Shown here piece by piece: positions 55,789 through 64,000 of a DNA stretch of 64,000 bases. Numbering within the stretch: position 1 is the stretch's first letter; each line of letters begins with the position of its first letter. The stretch is taken from NCBI GenBank assembly GCA_017429985.1, contig JAFRNW010000011.1, forward strand, positions 3,995 to 67,994. The letters are read 5' to 3'. Source of the DNA: Clostridia bacterium. GTDB lineage: Bacteria > Bacillota > Clostridia > Christensenellales > CAG-138. The notes beneath the pieces are model-generated. The model worked only from the letters and a program-made list of their open reading frames with translations, did not search any database and had not been told where the DNA came from. The position numbers were made by a program, and so were the translations under genes.

Positions 55789-57069
55789 TCAGATTATGCA
55801 GAGTGCTGCGGCGCTCGCTGCGGAAAAGAACAGCCACATCCGAAACGAACTCCGTCCTGTGATCCTGGACCTGCCCATGAAAACGCATCCCGCCGCCAGT
55901 ACAGCAATCGCCCAGCAGGACTGGAACCTCCGCGGCGTGAACCCGAAGCAGTCGATATACAGGATCAGCTTCGATGCGGCGACGACAGCGAACAGCAGGC
56001 TTTCCGCCAGAAGGATCATAGATACCGTCAGCGCCGCCCTGTTCTCCCGCACCGGTTTCAGCGACAGCTTTTCCATCAGGATCAGGAGAAGGAAGTTCAC
56101 CGCCATCACGCCGCAGAGCTCAAAGAACCCCTGTCTTGCGTAGCGGGACACGATGAACCCTTCCGGCAGTACCCGAACGAATGCGCCGAACAGATAGCGG
56201 AACTGAACGACGAAAAAGCAGCCGTACAGCAGGCAGAAGCAGACCGCCAGAACCGTCCACACGCGGTTTTCCACTCTGCGGAGCTTCTCTATGCGCGCCT
56301 CGATCTCCTGCCCGTGCACATGCAGCCGGTCCCTGTCCTCGCGGATCCCTCCCGCGATCAGGCCGAACAGGTAAGCACCGACCGGGAGCGACAGAATCCA
56401 CTCAAAATCCAGGTCGAACCGCCAGTTCTCAAAGAATCCTGAGATCCCGGACAGCATGCCGGCAAACCCGTCGTCCGCCTCGATCAGAAGATGGATGGCG
56501 AGGACAAAAAGGCATCCGGCAATCAGGACCGTTCCTGCCGTCCACAGCCACGCCCTGCCCTTGTCCTGCTTCCGCTTCAGAAAATCCGAAATGCTGTACC
56601 ATACCGTCCGTATCCTGAGCAAGAAATGCCCGAACGGGATCAGGATCAGGCCGTTCAGCGCGTCATAAAGGATCATGGGGCCGCTCTTTCCCTGAACGAA
56701 AAGGCCTTCCCTTGCCAGCACATACCATACGGCAAACGCGTGCAACAGAAGGAATCCCCCGTCCTCCCATGCGCTGCACCGGTTCAGCGTTCTGGCAGCC
56801 GCGCTCACAAGAAGACACGCGAGCCAGAACCAGCTCTCCCTGCTGCGCGTCACGCCCTCGGAAAGATACTCCGTCATCAGTACAAATCCCGCCGTAAAAA
56901 CAGGGAACTGCCAGGTATATCCGATCTTCAGATAGAGATACGCAAGCAGATACATGCATACGGCTGCCAGAATCTCCCGCTTTGAGGCCGTAAACGGCTG
57001 TGTCTCCTTCAAAACGGGTGCAGTTAATACATCCGCGCGGCTCTGCGCCGCCGGCATCGGTTCGTTCAT
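55789..57069 (-). CDS. DUF4153-like polytopic membrane protein
   Basis: About 11 TM helices and an N-terminus of the type ..REILAAVCMYLLAYLYLK... Assignment is tentative. Confidence 0.5.
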   Translation of the reverse strand: MNEPMPAAQSRADVLTAPVLKETQPFTASKREILAAVCMYLLAYLYLKIGYTWQFPVFTAGFVLMTEYLSEGVTRSRESWFWLACLLVSAAARTLNRCSAWEDGGFLLLHAFAVWYVLAREGLFVQGKSGPMILYDALNGLILIPFGHFLLRIRTVWYSISDFLKRKQDKGRAWLWTAGTVLIAGCLFVLAIHLLIEADDGFAGMLSGISGFFENWRFDLDFEWILSLPVGAYLFGLIAGGIREDRDRLHVHGQEIEARIEKLRRVENRVWTVLAVCFCLLYGCFFVVQFRYLFGAFVRVLPEGFIVSRYARQGFFELCGVMAVNFLLLILMEKLSLKPVRENRAALTVSMILLAESLLFAVVAASKLILYIDCFGFTPRRFQSCWAIAVLAAGCVFMGRSRITGRSSFRMWLFFSAASAAALCII

Positions 57070-57118
57070 ATCCGGTTCTCCTTCATGTTTGGTTTTCCCT
57101 GAATCAGGGATTCATTCG

Positions 57119-57328
57119 TCAGACATCGTCGTGAAACTCCAGCAGGTCCCCCGGCTGGCACTGCAGTTCGTGGCAGAGCGCCATCAGCGTGGAAAAGCGG
57201 ATCGCTTTCGCCTTTCCTGTCTTCAGAATGGAAAGATTCGCCTGCGTGATTCCGATCCGTTCGGCAAGCTCGCCGCTCGTGATCTTGCGCTTGGCCATCA
57301 TGACGTCCAGATTCATCCGAATTTCCAT
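57119..57328 (-). CDS. Small Cro/C1-type HTH regulator (YozG-like)
   Basis: MEIRMNLDVMMAKRKITSGELAERIGITQANLSILKTGKAKAIRFSTLMALCHELQCQPGDLLEF. Confidence 0.8.
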   Translation of the reverse strand: MEIRMNLDVMMAKRKITSGELAERIGITQANLSILKTGKAKAIRFSTLMALCHELQCQPGDLLEFHDDV

Positions 57329-57338
57329 AGACTCCACC

Positions 57339-57788
57339 TCAGATGGTCAGATCCAGTTCCGACTTCATCGCGATAGCCTGCTGGAACACATTCTTCACGA
57401 TGCAGACGATCAGCGCCATAAATCCGGCTGCCCCGGCGATGAACAGAAACGGCAGGCAGACGGGACTGCAGACAAGACAGATGCACGCGGCTCCGAGGCA
57501 GCACCAGCTGACTGCCCTCAGATGGCGGACGTTCCCCTCCGTGAACACCTCTTCCCTGCTGATGTTGCCGAGAAGCTTCCACAGATGAACGAGGAGCAGC
57601 CACGCAAACACGCTGCACAGGTACACGGCAGCCATGCGCAGCGCGCTGTACTGCCAAGGTACCGGACGGATGTCCGAAAACCATTTCACGATCCAGTAGC
57701 ATCCGATATCCAGCGCAAGCAGCAGCACGGCAAATACCGCTGTGCAAATCCGGGACAGCGCGATGCTCTTGTCCTTGTTCCAGTTCAT
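57339..57788 (-). CDS. DUF2975-like 4-TM membrane protein
   Basis: MNWNKDKSIALSRICTAVFAVLLLALDIG... Pairing with a YozG-like HTH is the usual arrangement for this family. Confidence 0.55.
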   Translation of the reverse strand: MNWNKDKSIALSRICTAVFAVLLLALDIGCYWIVKWFSDIRPVPWQYSALRMAAVYLCSVFAWLLLVHLWKLLGNISREEVFTEGNVRHLRAVSWCCLGAACICLVCSPVCLPFLFIAGAAGFMALIVCIVKNVFQQAIAMKSELDLTI

Positions 57789-58153
57789 ACGCAAACCCTT
57801 TCTGTCTGATCTTCCTGTAAGGTAGCATAGAAGCATATCGACTGTCAATATGAATTTGTTGTTTTTTGGTAAATATTTATTGTTTTTCGATAATTCAATA
57901 CTTGATGTTCAGATGTTCAGGCTTAATAGCAATCTTAGATGCAGGATTGTAAGCTGAAATGCCACATAGCAAATTGAAAACTGAATATTCGTAAACGAGA
58001 TGCTGCTTTTGTCAGTGAGGATCCGTTCGTGTAAATGAAGTGCAGGTTTTGTAAGCAAAACGCGACATTGACTTTTTGTTCAGATATTCAGATAGGTTCC
58101 CCGCGTACCGGATACGATCCGCGGGAAGAAAAGCGTCCGGAATCGCCGGAAAG

Positions 58154-59068
58154 CTACAGCATGACGGACAGGACGAGTGCCATCGTGACGGTGGAAAGAA
58201 GCGTGGAAAAGACGGTCCCTCTGGTCAGGATATCCATGTCGCAGTCGTTGTTCATCGCGATCACGGAAATGATGTTCGCGGGCGGAACGGCCGCAAAGAC
58301 CGCCAAAACGCCCAGCGCGGTCGGATCCGTAACAAAGTTTTTCACGATCAGAATAAAGACGACCGGGAAAAGGACCTGGCGGATCAGGACATAAAGGTAC
58401 ATCCGTCCGTCCGAAAACAGTTTCCTGAGGTCGATGCCGTGCAGATTCGTTCCGATCAGAAATGTCGCGAGGAACGTCACCCCTGTTCACGCGTACTGCG
58501 CAATGCTCCCGAAAACGTCCGGAAAACGGATGCCGCTGAAGTAGATCGCGATGGCGATCACGGATGCGATCACGCCGGGGTTGATCAGAAGCTTCAGATT
58601 GATATGCATCTCGCTTCCTTCCCTCCGGAGGAGCACGCAGCCGTAGGTAAAGACCAAAAGATTGAACTCGAGGATCAGGATCGTCATGTATGCCGCGCCC
58701 TTGCTCCCGTACATGGCGTGGATCAGGGGAAGCCCCAGAAACCCGATATTGTTGAACAGGAAGATCGCCCCGTAGAAGCGATGGTCCTTTTTCGGCGCAC
58801 GGAGCGCGCTTCCGATAAACCTGCTAAGAACGAGCATCACGGCGTACGCGACGACTCCGACGGCGGCAACGGTCAGCGCGGACCTGCGGTCCGGCGCCTC
58901 ATCCATATTGAGAACAGCGGAAAAGATCTGGGCGGGCGAACAGATGTTGGCCAGCACCCAGGACATATCATGCGTTCCTGCAGATGAAATCAGCCCCCTG
59001 TTCCGGACAAAAAAACCGATCAGAAGGAACAGGAGGATCGCGCACATCTGATAAAAAATGACCGACAT
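58154..59068 (-). pseudogene. AEC (auxin efflux carrier) family transporter interrupted by an in-frame TGA at 58487..58489
   Basis: ORFs 58487..59116 and 58154..58480 share one frame. The junction reads ..GSIAQYA*TGVTFLATFLIGTNL.., which is continuous with the AEC second-half motif. Confidence 0.7.
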
Positions 59069-59189
59069 CTGCAAGAGAAAATGCTTCCTTTCCCGGCCGG
59101 GCGGAACCGGCCACAAACTGTATTGTCAATCCCCGTCCCCCGTGTGTCAAGTGCCTTATGAAAAATCCGTCCGGTCTGTCCCGCCGCAG

Positions 59190-59822
59190 TCAGTTCCTGT
59201 CCGACAGTATCCGGACGATCTCCGAAAAACTCCTGTGCCGGATCTCCCGGGGCTCGAAGTGCATGAGGGAATACACGAGCTGCATCATCAGTCCCGCGCC
59301 GAACACGCTGATAAGCGTTCCAATCCCAACCGGTCCCCCGAGGAGCCATCCCGCCAGCAGCACGGTGCCGAGCAGAATGATCTGCACGGTCCCGATGGGG
59401 ATCTTCGGCATCCGTTTCCCTATGCCTACGAGAAGTGCGTCTCTCGGTCCGCATCCCTGCCCCGCTTTCATGTAGATCATCATGCCGACAGCCATGATCA
59501 AAAAGCCCGTGAGCATGATCGGGATCCCGAGCCACAGGCTGTTGTTCTGCAGCGGGTTCAGATCGTTGAACATCTGAACGAAATTCCCCGTCAGAAGCGC
59601 GTCGATCACCGTCCCGCAGCCGATCCGCTCTTTCAGAAGCAGGTCGATCAGCACGATGATCACGGACATGGCGGTCATGGACAGGCCGTAGTTCAGGGGT
59701 GTATGCCTCGCGATGCCCATTCCGAGGCAGTCCCATGGCGCAAGACCGATGTTGGCGAAGATGGTCAGATGAACGCCGAACGAAAAGACGAGCAGACCCG
59801 CCACGATCCGGATCCACTGCAT
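59190..59822 (-). CDS. YczE-like membrane protein
   Basis: MQWIRIVAGLLVFSFGVHLTIFANIGLAPWDCL... RBS GGGAG lies before the ATG at 59822. Confidence 0.55.
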   Translation of the reverse strand: MQWIRIVAGLLVFSFGVHLTIFANIGLAPWDCLGMGIARHTPLNYGLSMTAMSVIIVLIDLLLKERIGCGTVIDALLTGNFVQMFNDLNPLQNNSLWLGIPIMLTGFLIMAVGMMIYMKAGQGCGPRDALLVGIGKRMPKIPIGTVQIILLGTVLLAGWLLGGPVGIGTLISVFGAGLMMQLVYSLMHFEPREIRHRSFSEIVRILSDRN

Positions 59823-60203
59823 TATGATCTCCCGCTTTTTCCGGTCCAACCCGCTTCCCATTCATCCGTCTCCGATACTGCATCAGATAAAAAGTAAGAC
59901 CAGTATATCACCTGCATCATTTCCTGCGGAACCTTTTTGCGTCTACGGCACGGGAATCTATCCGTTCGGCGAAATATCCGTCCTGACCAGTTTCCGCTTT
60001 CCCCGGAATCATAAATGCCTTACAATAATCACAGAATTCCCGTATCCGGGCAGTTAATTGAAAAATGTACGGTCTGAAATGGAAACTGCAACCGCCGGTT
60101 GACGAATTGACAAGCCGGATTGGTGGATGCAAACGGATGCGTTTTGTATGATGATGCCATCGGAACGGGATTCGTTCCCGCTCAGAAACGGAGGAATTGA
60201 AAT

Positions 60204-61244
60204 ATGATACTTGCAGAGAAAATCACGCTGCTTCGGAAAAAGGCAGGCATGTCGCAGGAAGGTCTGGCGGAGCAGCTCGGTGTCAGCCGCCAGTCGATCT
60301 CAAAGTGGGAAAGCGCTCAGTCGGTGCCGGATCTGAAACGGATCCTGGATATTGCGGAATGCTTCGGCGTCAGCACGGACGTGCTGCTGAAGGATGAAAT
60401 AGAACTGGAAGAGACAGCGCCGGTTTATTCGGAAGGGTCGCTCGGCGGGACCGACGCCGGTGCGGGCATCACGTCCGGAACGGATATGGGCATGCCTCCT
60501 CTCCGGGAAGTCACCATGGAGGAAGCCAACGGATATCTTGCCCTGAAGGCGGTCTCCGCCGGACGCATCGCGCTCGGCGTGATGCTGTGCATTCTCTCCC
60601 CTGTCGTTCTGATCCTGCTCGGGGCAACGCAGGAGGCAGGCCTTCTTTCCATTGCGGAGAATCAGGCGGCGGGAATCGGCGTCCTGATCCTCATGCTCAT
60701 GGTCGGTGCAGCGGTCGCACTGTTCGTGTATTACGGCATGAAGATGAAGCCTTACGAGTACATCGCAAGGGATCCGATCGAAACGGCATACGGCGTTCAC
60801 GGGATGGTCGCGGAACGGGTAACAAACTATCAGCCCGCGCATACCCGCTATATGGTGATCGGCATCCTGCTCTGCGTTCTCTCCTGCGTCCCGCTCTTTT
60901 TCACTCTGATCCTGAACACCGAAAACGTGGCGGTGATCGCCCTTGCCGTTTCGCTGCTCCTCGTCATGATCTCCATCGGCGTCCTTCTGATCGTCCGCAC
61001 CAACATCATTATGGAAGCGCTTCACGCGCTGATGGAAGAAGGAGAGTTTTCAAGGGAAAACAAGAATGAAAACCGGCGGAATGAAACGGCTATGGGAATC
61101 TACTGGATGAGCGCGACTGCCATCTATCTTGCGGTCAGCTTCCTGACGAACAGATGGGATATCACCTGGGTCATCTGGCCGGTCGCGGGCGTAGGCTGCG
61201 GCATCCTCGCCGCCGTCCTGAAAGTGATCCGCAGCAAGGAGTGA
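60204..61244 (+). CDS. Membrane-anchored XRE-family HTH protein
   Basis: LRKKAGMSQEGLAEQLGVSRQSISKWESAQSVPDL HTH followed by about 6 TM helices. Confidence 0.8.
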   Translation: MILAEKITLLRKKAGMSQEGLAEQLGVSRQSISKWESAQSVPDLKRILDIAECFGVSTDVLLKDEIELEETAPVYSEGSLGGTDAGAGITSGTDMGMPPLREVTMEEANGYLALKAVSAGRIALGVMLCILSPVVLILLGATQEAGLLSIAENQAAGIGVLILMLMVGAAVALFVYYGMKMKPYEYIARDPIETAYGVHGMVAERVTNYQPAHTRYMVIGILLCVLSCVPLFFTLILNTENVAVIALAVSLLLVMISIGVLLIVRTNIIMEALHALMEEGEFSRENKNENRRNETAMGIYWMSATAIYLAVSFLTNRWDITWVIWPVAGVGCGILAAVLKVIRSKE

Positions 61245-61284
61245 CGAACCAGGCTGTCCTGAACGGTTATCCATACGCAAAACC

Positions 61285-61322
61285 GATGGCAGGATTAATC
61301 TTCCCTGCCATCTGTCTTTTTT
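61285..61322 (+). terminator. Rho-independent terminator
   Basis: GATGGCAGG/CCTGCCATC stem followed by TGTCTTTTTT. Confidence 0.75.
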
Positions 61323-61332
61323 GAACAATGAT

Positions 61333-61355
61333 GAAAAGCGCGGCGTGAACCGCGC
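61333..61355 (-). terminator. Rho-independent terminator after the dehydrogenase gene
   Basis: GCGCGG/CCGCGC stem followed by UUUUCAUC on the minus strand. Confidence 0.55.
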
Positions 61356-61374
61356 CGGAGCCGTCCCGCTGTTT

Positions 61375-62343
61375 TCAGGGATTTACGACATTGACCGGGG
61401 TTCCTTTCAGGAAGTTTCTCACATTCTCCACGGTGCAGTCCATGATCCTCTGGCGGCTTCCTTTTGAGCCCCAGGACATATGCGGGGTAATAAAGCAGTT
61501 CTTTGCCTTAAGAAGCGGATTGTCGCTTCGGATCGGTTCCGTTGAGACCACATCCAGTCCGGCTGCAGCGACCTTCCCGGAGTTCAGCGCGTCTGCAAGA
61601 TCCTGCTCCACGATCATCTGGCCCCTGCTGTTGTTGATGATGATCACGCCGTCCTTCATTTTCGCGATATTCTCTTTGTTGACAATACCGGTGTTGAACG
61701 GAAGCAGCGGCATCTGAAGCCCGAACACATCGGATTCCGCAAACAGCGTCTCCAGATCGACAAACTCGACGCCCAGATCCCTCGCCGCCTGAGAAGGATA
61801 TTTATCATATGATATGACTCTCATCCCGAGCGCAAGCGCGGCAGCGGCGGTATGGATCCCGATCCGTCCGCACCCCAGCAGCCCGTACGTCATGCCCGCA
61901 AGTTCAATCAGAGGGTAGTCCCAGTAACACCAGTCGGCAGAACGCTCCCATTTGCCTTCGTGCACGGTCCGGTCATGGTGCCCGATCCTGAGACAGATCT
62001 CAAGGAGGAGGCCGATCGCGAACTGACTCACCGAATAGCCGCCGTAGTTCGGCACATTGGATACCGGGATTCCCTTCTCCTTCGCCGCCTCAAGGTCTAC
62101 CGTATTGCTCCCGGTCGCCAGAACGGCAATGAATCGGATATTCGGGCAGGCATCCAGTACTCTGCGGGTGATCGGCGCCTTGTTGATGATGACGATTTCG
62201 GCGTCCCCGATCCGTTCAATGGCGCACTGCTCATCTGCCAGTCCGGTCCGGTCATATACCCTGAGTTCGCCGAGACGCCCGATTTCCTCCCAGCTGAGAT
62301 CGCCCGGGTTTTCGGTGTATCCGTCCAGTACCACGATTTTCAT
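61375..62343 (-). CDS. D-isomer-specific 2-hydroxyacid dehydrogenase (glycerate dehydrogenase-like)
   Basis: MKIVVLDG.. start, NAD motif GLLGCGRIGIHTA, and catalytic-region ..ITPHMSW... Confidence 0.8.
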   Translation of the reverse strand: MKIVVLDGYTENPGDLSWEEIGRLGELRVYDRTGLADEQCAIERIGDAEIVIINKAPITRRVLDACPNIRFIAVLATGSNTVDLEAAKEKGIPVSNVPNYGGYSVSQFAIGLLLEICLRIGHHDRTVHEGKWERSADWCYWDYPLIELAGMTYGLLGCGRIGIHTAAAALALGMRVISYDKYPSQAARDLGVEFVDLETLFAESDVFGLQMPLLPFNTGIVNKENIAKMKDGVIIINNSRGQMIVEQDLADALNSGKVAAAGLDVVSTEPIRSDNPLLKAKNCFITPHMSWGSKGSRQRIMDCTVENVRNFLKGTPVNVVNP

Positions 62344-62577
62344 ACCTGTCAATTCCTTTCAGCGGATATATTTAATTATACGCCAAACGCAGCGGCTGCT
62401 GTAACAAAACATGTCACCCGTCCTGATATATCTCCCCAAAACGCAGCAAAAAGCCGGCTCGTCCGGCTTTGTTTCCCCTTCCGGACCGCTTCGGATGACG
62501 AAGCCGCACTTGTGTGTGCAGGTCATACCATGATAAAATTTCTTTAGAGAGGATTCTTTCGGAAAGGGAAGAAACGT

Positions 62578-62793
62578 ATGGAAAAGCTGAGCGCGTTCTG
62601 CACCTGCGGCGACCATGCATGTCCTTTGCATCCCCTCAATCATGACCGCGGCTGTACCCCCTGCATTGAAAAGAATCTCCGGCTCCGTGAGATCCCGAGC
62701 TGCTTTTTCCATGTCCTTGGTCCCTCAGATGGGCGGACCGGTTACTCTTTTGAAGACTTTGCGAAAGCTGTCCTTTCCGGCAGCGATTCTTAA
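62578..62793 (+). CDS. Small Cys/His-rich protein (DUF6485-like)
   Basis: FCTCGDHACPLHPLNHDRGCTPCIEKNLRLREIPSCFFH. Confidence 0.5.
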   Translation: MEKLSAFCTCGDHACPLHPLNHDRGCTPCIEKNLRLREIPSCFFHVLGPSDGRTGYSFEDFAKAVLSGSDS

Positions 62794-62925
62794 CCCGGCA
62801 GCAGATAACCGGGCGTTTCCTGTTTACAAGCGAAAACCATACCTGAAACGAAATGCAGGCATCCTTTCAGAACATCATGCTGAACGCCCTTAATACAAAT
62901 CCAATTCCGGCAGGAGGATAATAAT

Positions 62926-63915
62926 ATGGATAGACCTATCAAGCGAATCGGCGTACTGACAAGCGGAGGCGACGCGCCAGGCATGAATCCTGCCGTACGC
63001 GCGGTCGTCCGTACCGCTGCATCCTACGGGATCGAAACGATCGGAATCCGCAGAGGCTGGCAGGGACTGATCACAAGCGATTTCGTCAAACTGGACAGTA
63101 CAAGCGTAGGGCACACGCTTTCACGGGGCGGAACGATTCTGTATACGGCAAGAAGCGATGAGTTTATGGAGCCGAAGGGAAGAGAGCGCGCCCTGACCAC
63201 ATGTAAAATGCTCGGGCTGAACGGCATCGTGGCGATCGGCGGGGACGGAACGTTCCGCGGAGCGCTGGAACTGTCACGGCTTGGCATCCCGGTCGTCGGA
63301 ATTCCCGCGACGATCGACAACGACATCGGATGCACCAATTATACGATCGGTTTCGATACCGCCTGCAACACCGCAATCGACTGCATCGACAAACTGCGGG
63401 ACACCATGCAGTCTCATGAACGCTGTTCTGTCGTGGAGGTCATGGGCAGGAACGCCGGATTCCTTGCGCTGTATGTCGGCATCGCGGTCGGCGCAACGGC
63501 GGTCCTTGTTCCGGAGCATCCGCTGAATTTCGAAAAAGACGTAGTCGAACGCATCCGCGCTTCCCGTCTGTCGGGCAATACGCACTTCATGATCGTGGTC
63601 GCGGAAGGCGTTGGCAGCGCCGTGGAGATCGGCAAACGGATCAAGGAAGAAATCGGCATAGATCCCCGTGTCACCGTGCTGGGTCATATCCAGCGCGGAG
63701 GCGCTCCGAGTGCGCGTGACCGGGAGACCGCGACCCGCATGGGCTTCTACGCGGTACGCGCCTTTGCGGAGGGCCGAGGAAACTGCATCATCGGAACACA
63801 GGAGGGCAAGATGGTCGAGATCCCGATCGAAGAAGCGCTGACGATGAAGAGAACGCTTCAGAAGGAACGGTATCAGGTCATGAAAGCGATGCAGATCGGC
63901 AGCCACATGACCTGA
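62926..63915 (+). CDS. pfkA: ATP-dependent 6-phosphofructokinase
   Basis: GVLTSGGDAPGMN, IGGDGTFRGA, PATIDND. RBS GGAGG lies before the ATG. Confidence 0.95.
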   Translation: MDRPIKRIGVLTSGGDAPGMNPAVRAVVRTAASYGIETIGIRRGWQGLITSDFVKLDSTSVGHTLSRGGTILYTARSDEFMEPKGRERALTTCKMLGLNGIVAIGGDGTFRGALELSRLGIPVVGIPATIDNDIGCTNYTIGFDTACNTAIDCIDKLRDTMQSHERCSVVEVMGRNAGFLALYVGIAVGATAVLVPEHPLNFEKDVVERIRASRLSGNTHFMIVVAEGVGSAVEIGKRIKEEIGIDPRVTVLGHIQRGGAPSARDRETATRMGFYAVRAFAEGRGNCIIGTQEGKMVEIPIEEALTMKRTLQKERYQVMKAMQIGSHMT

Positions 63916-64000
63916 TCCTGCCGCGGACCATTCCCCTGCTTCCCCAAAGGCGAAACGGAACGGCAGATCATTCAAACAGACTGGCCAGACTCGATTTCGG

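Noticed and set aside
57850-57960. 36-aa hydrophobic ORF (MNLLFFGKYLLFFDNSILDVQMF..) in the AT-rich region as a type I toxin.
   Set aside because: It has no RBS, no obvious antisense RNA partner or terminator, and such ORFs arise easily in AT-rich DNA.
58487-58489. In-frame TGA in the AEC transporter read as selenocysteine, or as a reassigned genetic code.
   Set aside because: TGA clearly functions as a stop elsewhere, for example at the rpiR and yaaT stops. The downstream hairpin has a 17-nt loop unlike a bacterial SECIS. The site is a variable loop position in a transporter rather than a redox site. It is kept as a pseudogene with a check recommended.
59020-59883. 287-aa minus-strand ORF and 279-aa plus-strand ORF overlapping the YczE-like gene.
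   Set aside because: Both are Arg/His/Asp-rich out-of-frame translations. The hydrophobic YczE-like frame is the coherent one.
1-64000. CRISPR arrays, rRNA genes, prophage or defence-island gene sets.
   Set aside because: I saw no regularly spaced direct repeats of 25-40 bp, no rRNA-like segments, and no integrase, terminase, capsid, restriction or Cas-like ORFs. The only toxin-antitoxin locus is hicAB.

Overview
This is a GC-rich chromosomal segment that reads like a Clostridia-class Firmicute. That placement is an inference from gene content: an ispH-rpsA fusion, rplU-prp-rpmA, the holB-yaaT block and a SpoIIE-type phosphatase. I count roughly 55 protein-coding genes, mostly housekeeping and mostly on the minus strand. 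There are 3 tRNAs: Asn-GTT alone, and Val-GAC plus Gln-CTG in one operon. I found no rRNA, no CRISPR array and no recognisable prophage or defence module.

Accessory or odd content:
- A partial IS3-family element at the left edge, with an A7 -1 frameshift site and an in-frame TAG in orfA.
- A lower-GC islet beside tRNA-Asn carrying hicAB, a frameshifted coiled-coil ORF and 10-bp tandem repeats.
- A purine-related block (xdhC-like gene, a translationally coupled hydantoinase-mocA-guanine deaminase operon, adenine deaminase) with no molybdenum hydroxylase subunit in the window.
- An AEC transporter gene interrupted by an in-frame TGA.

The item I rate most worth follow-up is the 199-nt ORF-free spacer between tRNA-Val and tRNA-Gln. 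It folds into a long interrupted rod with 6S-RNA-like architecture.

I did not find a convincing multi-gene novel system. Several uncharacterised modules are flagged instead: the DUF2975-HTH-DUF4153 triad, the radical-SAM/DUF2344 pair, a lysine-less decarboxylase homolog and a 490-aa PLP enzyme.

Limits: all family calls come from motif recognition by eye, not database searches. Start codons were refined using RBS context. Many long ORFs in the track are antisense artefacts of GC-rich coding DNA.
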